A DNA stretch of 64,000 nucleotides from Pseudomonadota bacterium (GTDB taxonomy: Bacteria > Pseudomonadota > Gammaproteobacteria > Burkholderiales > JABEVD01): positions 1,024 through 65,023 of the forward strand of contig JAJZRP010000003.1 in the NCBI GenBank assembly GCA_021802655.1, in the 5' to 3' direction. The notes beneath the pieces are model-generated. The model had not been told where the DNA came from, did no database searches, and saw nothing but the letters and a program-made list of their open reading frames with translations. Shown here one piece after another: positions 61,774 through 64,000 of the stretch (its first letter is position 1; every line of letters begins with the position of its first letter). Both the position numbers and the translations under genes were made by a program.

Positions 61774-63065
61774 AATAGCTCCAGCGTTCCCTGAACCAGG
61801 AAATCCATTTCGTCCTCCTCGATCACGTAGGGCGGCATGAAATAGACGGTGTTGCCCATCGGCCTCAGGAGCAGCCCCCTGTCCAATGCAGCGAGATGAA
61901 AGCGCCTGGAGAAATCGGGCGAGGGGTCCGCCACCTCGAAAGCCCAGATCATCCCGGTGTTCCTGAAATGCTCGACCTTGGGATGCGCTGCGAGAGCTTT
62001 CATTTTTTCGTTCATGAGATTCGATTTCTCCCGGTTCTTTGCGATCACGTCGTCGCTTTCGAAAATGTCGAGCACGGCAAGCGCCGCCCTGCAGGCGAGC
62101 GCGTTTCCCGTATAGGAATGGGAATGCAGGAAAGCCTTGGAGATGCTGTCGTCATAAAAGGCTTCGAATATGGCCTGCCGGGACAGGACTGCAGACAGGG
62201 GCAGATAGCCCCCCGTGATGCCTTTGGAGAGACAGAGGAAATCAGGCAGGATGTTGCCCTGTTCGCAGGCGAAAAAGGTTCCCGTTCTGCCGAATCCGAC
62301 CGCGATTTCGTCCGCGATGAGGTGGACATCATACCTGTCGCACAATTGTCTCGCCTTCGCAAGATAGACCGGGTGGTGCATGCCCATTCCCGCCGCGCCC
62401 TGCACCAGGGGTTCGAGTATCAGGGCCGCAATGGCCGGGTGATGGATTTCGAGCAGCTTTTCGAGTTTTTCGGCACAGCGCAACGCGAAATCGCGGGGGG
62501 ATTCACCCTTTTCGGCATGGCGCCAGTCCGGGGTGTCGATGCGGATGCTTTTCGAAATCAGGGGGGAATAGGTGTCGCTGAAGATCGCAACGTCGGTCAC
62601 GGAAAGCGCACCCAGGGTTTCGCCATGGTAGCCGTTCTCGAGGCTCACGAAATGCCTTTTTTCCTCAAACCCCCTGTTTTTCCAGTAATGGAAGCTCATC
62701 TTGAGAGCGATTTCCACTGCGGAGGCGCCGTCGCTTGCATAGAAGGCATGTCCCAGTTTCGAGAGTTTCGCAAGTCTCTCGGAGAGCTCGACTGCGGGTT
62801 CATGGGTGAATCCGGCCAGGATGACATGTTCGAGTTTTTCGAGCTGGTCGGAAATGGCGGAATTGATTCTGGGGTTGCAGTGTCCGAAGAGATTGACCCA
62901 CCAGGAGCTGATTGCGTCGAGATGGCGCTTCCCTTCGAAATCGTAAAGCCAGAGTCCTGCTCCCCTGGAAAAAGGGACGAGCGGGACGGTCTCGTGCTGT
63001 TTCATCTGGGTGCAGGGATGCCATACCGATTGCAGGCTCCTCGAAATCAAATCGCTGTTTTTCAT
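61770..63065 (-). CDS. bioA: Adenosylmethionine-8-amino-7-oxononanoate aminotransferase
   Basis: VWHPCTQM, SSWWVN, YHGET, ADEIAVGFGRTG, LSKGITGG and HSHSYTGN. Confidence 0.95.
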   Translation of the reverse strand: MKNSDLISRSLQSVWHPCTQMKQHETVPLVPFSRGAGLWLYDFEGKRHLDAISSWWVNLFGHCNPRINSAISDQLEKLEHVILAGFTHEPAVELSERLAKLSKLGHAFYASDGASAVEIALKMSFHYWKNRGFEEKRHFVSLENGYHGETLGALSVTDVAIFSDTYSPLISKSIRIDTPDWRHAEKGESPRDFALRCAEKLEKLLEIHHPAIAALILEPLVQGAAGMGMHHPVYLAKARQLCDRYDVHLIADEIAVGFGRTGTFFACEQGNILPDFLCLSKGITGGYLPLSAVLSRQAIFEAFYDDSISKAFLHSHSYTGNALACRAALAVLDIFESDDVIAKNREKSNLMNEKMKALAAHPKVEHFRNTGMIWAFEVADPSPDFSRRFHLAALDRGLLLRPMGNTVYFMPPYVIEEDEMDFLVQGTLELL

Positions 63066-63133
63066 GCCGGGTGCCGCCTCTGCGCTTCTCTAGTATACTT
63101 TGAATCTGGATTTTAACCGTTTTGGAAAAGAAC

Positions 63134-64000
63134 ATGGCCGAAGAATCACTCTATGCCGTTCTCGGCGTATCGGGCGCATCCCCTCAGGAAGAGATTGTGC
63201 AGGCTTTCCGCGCCCGTTCGTTCGACCGGGATGCGCTGCAAAAGGGGAACGAGGATGAAAGGCTGCGATTTACCGAGTGGGCGCATGCCTATGCCGTGCT
63301 TTCCGATCCCGGCTTGAGGGCGAAATACGACCAATCCGGCCCGGACGAGTCCTTCAGGGAAAAATTCAATCTTGCGCTGGGCCTTGCGCTCAAGGGCTAC
63401 GACGACGAAATGCTTTCCGAATACCTGAGAAGGCTTTCCTTCGACGAAAAAACCATAGAAGGATTGATGGCTGCGGTTTCCCGGGTAAGGGAAGTTCCGG
63501 AAGCGCCTTCACCCCGCCAGCAGGAAGGTTTCGAAGGATACAGGAAACTCGGGGCAACGCAGGGCTGGCAGTGGGTGAAGGAAGGTTTTCTTCTCTTCAG
63601 GAAAAGCCCGCTGATCTGGATCGTGCTTTGCATGATCCTGACGGCAATAGGGCTGACCCTTTCCCTGATCCCGATAGCCGGGGAAATCGTTCTCTATCTC
63701 GCCTCCCCCCTGTTTGCGGCGGGATTGATGCAGGGCTGCAGGGATCTCGAAGGGGGCGGCGAGCTGGAACTCGCCCATCTTTTTCTGGGCTTCAGGAGGG
63801 ATGCCCGGCAGCTTCTCAGGATAGGCGGGGTCTATCTTTTCGGGCAGATCCTGATTCTGGGGATCATGGTCGCTTTCGGAGGCGACGCCATGGAGAAGCT
63901 CTTTTTCGGAACATCCGACATCGATCCTGCAACGCTCCCGCCTGCCGAGACGAGCCGCGTGATGCTTTCTCTCCTCGTGGGGATGGCGGTATCCGTTCCG
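63134..64000 (+). CDS. J-like domain fused to a BPSS1780-like multi-TM membrane domain (runs off the window)
   Basis: Not in the ORF track. Manual translation gives MAEESLYAVLGV...AYAVLSDPGLRAKYD, then GWQWVKEGFLLFRKSP..IPIAG..SPLFAAGLMQG..HLFLGFR; open to the window end. Confidence 0.75.
   Translation, partial: MAEESLYAVLGVSGASPQEEIVQAFRARSFDRDALQKGNEDERLRFTEWAHAYAVLSDPGLRAKYDQSGPDESFREKFNLALGLALKGYDDEMLSEYLRRLSFDEKTIEGLMAAVSRVREVPEAPSPRQQEGFEGYRKLGATQGWQWVKEGFLLFRKSPLIWIVLCMILTAIGLTLSLIPIAGEIVLYLASPLFAAGLMQGCRDLEGGGELELAHLFLGFRRDARQLLRIGGVYLFGQILILGIMVAFGGDAMEKLFFGTSDIDPATLPPAETSRVMLSLLVGMAVSVP

Overview
64-kb chromosomal window of a betaproteobacterium (inferred from the gene order mla-murA-his-tat, kdsD-lpt-rpoN-hpf-ptsN-hprK-rapZ, and the sucD type). 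It is mostly housekeeping: gluQ, tatABC, the his operon without hisC, murA, mlaFEDCB without mlaA, kef, kdsDC, lptCAB, rpoN operon, ubiX, sucCD, dnaE, dacB and bioA. Two accessory type IV filament regions stand out. (1) 14.6-28.1 kb is an MSHA/T2SS-like operon with a secretin, a TPR protein, an MshEN-ATPase, a platform protein, alignment-like proteins and four pilin-like genes. It also carries a split ABC exporter and a PilG-like gene. (2) 41.2-52.1 kb is a signalling-plus-pilus block: PP2C phosphatase, FHA protein, class II cNMP phosphodiesterase, GAF-fused PilB/GspE ATPase and GAF-HD-GYP, then a sigma-54-driven Ser/Thr-rich PilA, a TMTC-like GT-C glycosyltransferase and a REC-fused PilB/GspE ATPase. 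The best candidate for an undescribed system is this set of three pilus-motor ATPases, each with a different N-terminal sensor (c-di-GMP MshEN, cNMP-type GAF, phospho-receiver), and especially the cNMP/pThr/c-di-GMP operon built around the GAF-ATPase. No rRNA, tRNA, CRISPR array or mobile element was seen. Family assignments come from motif recognition by eye, not from database searches.
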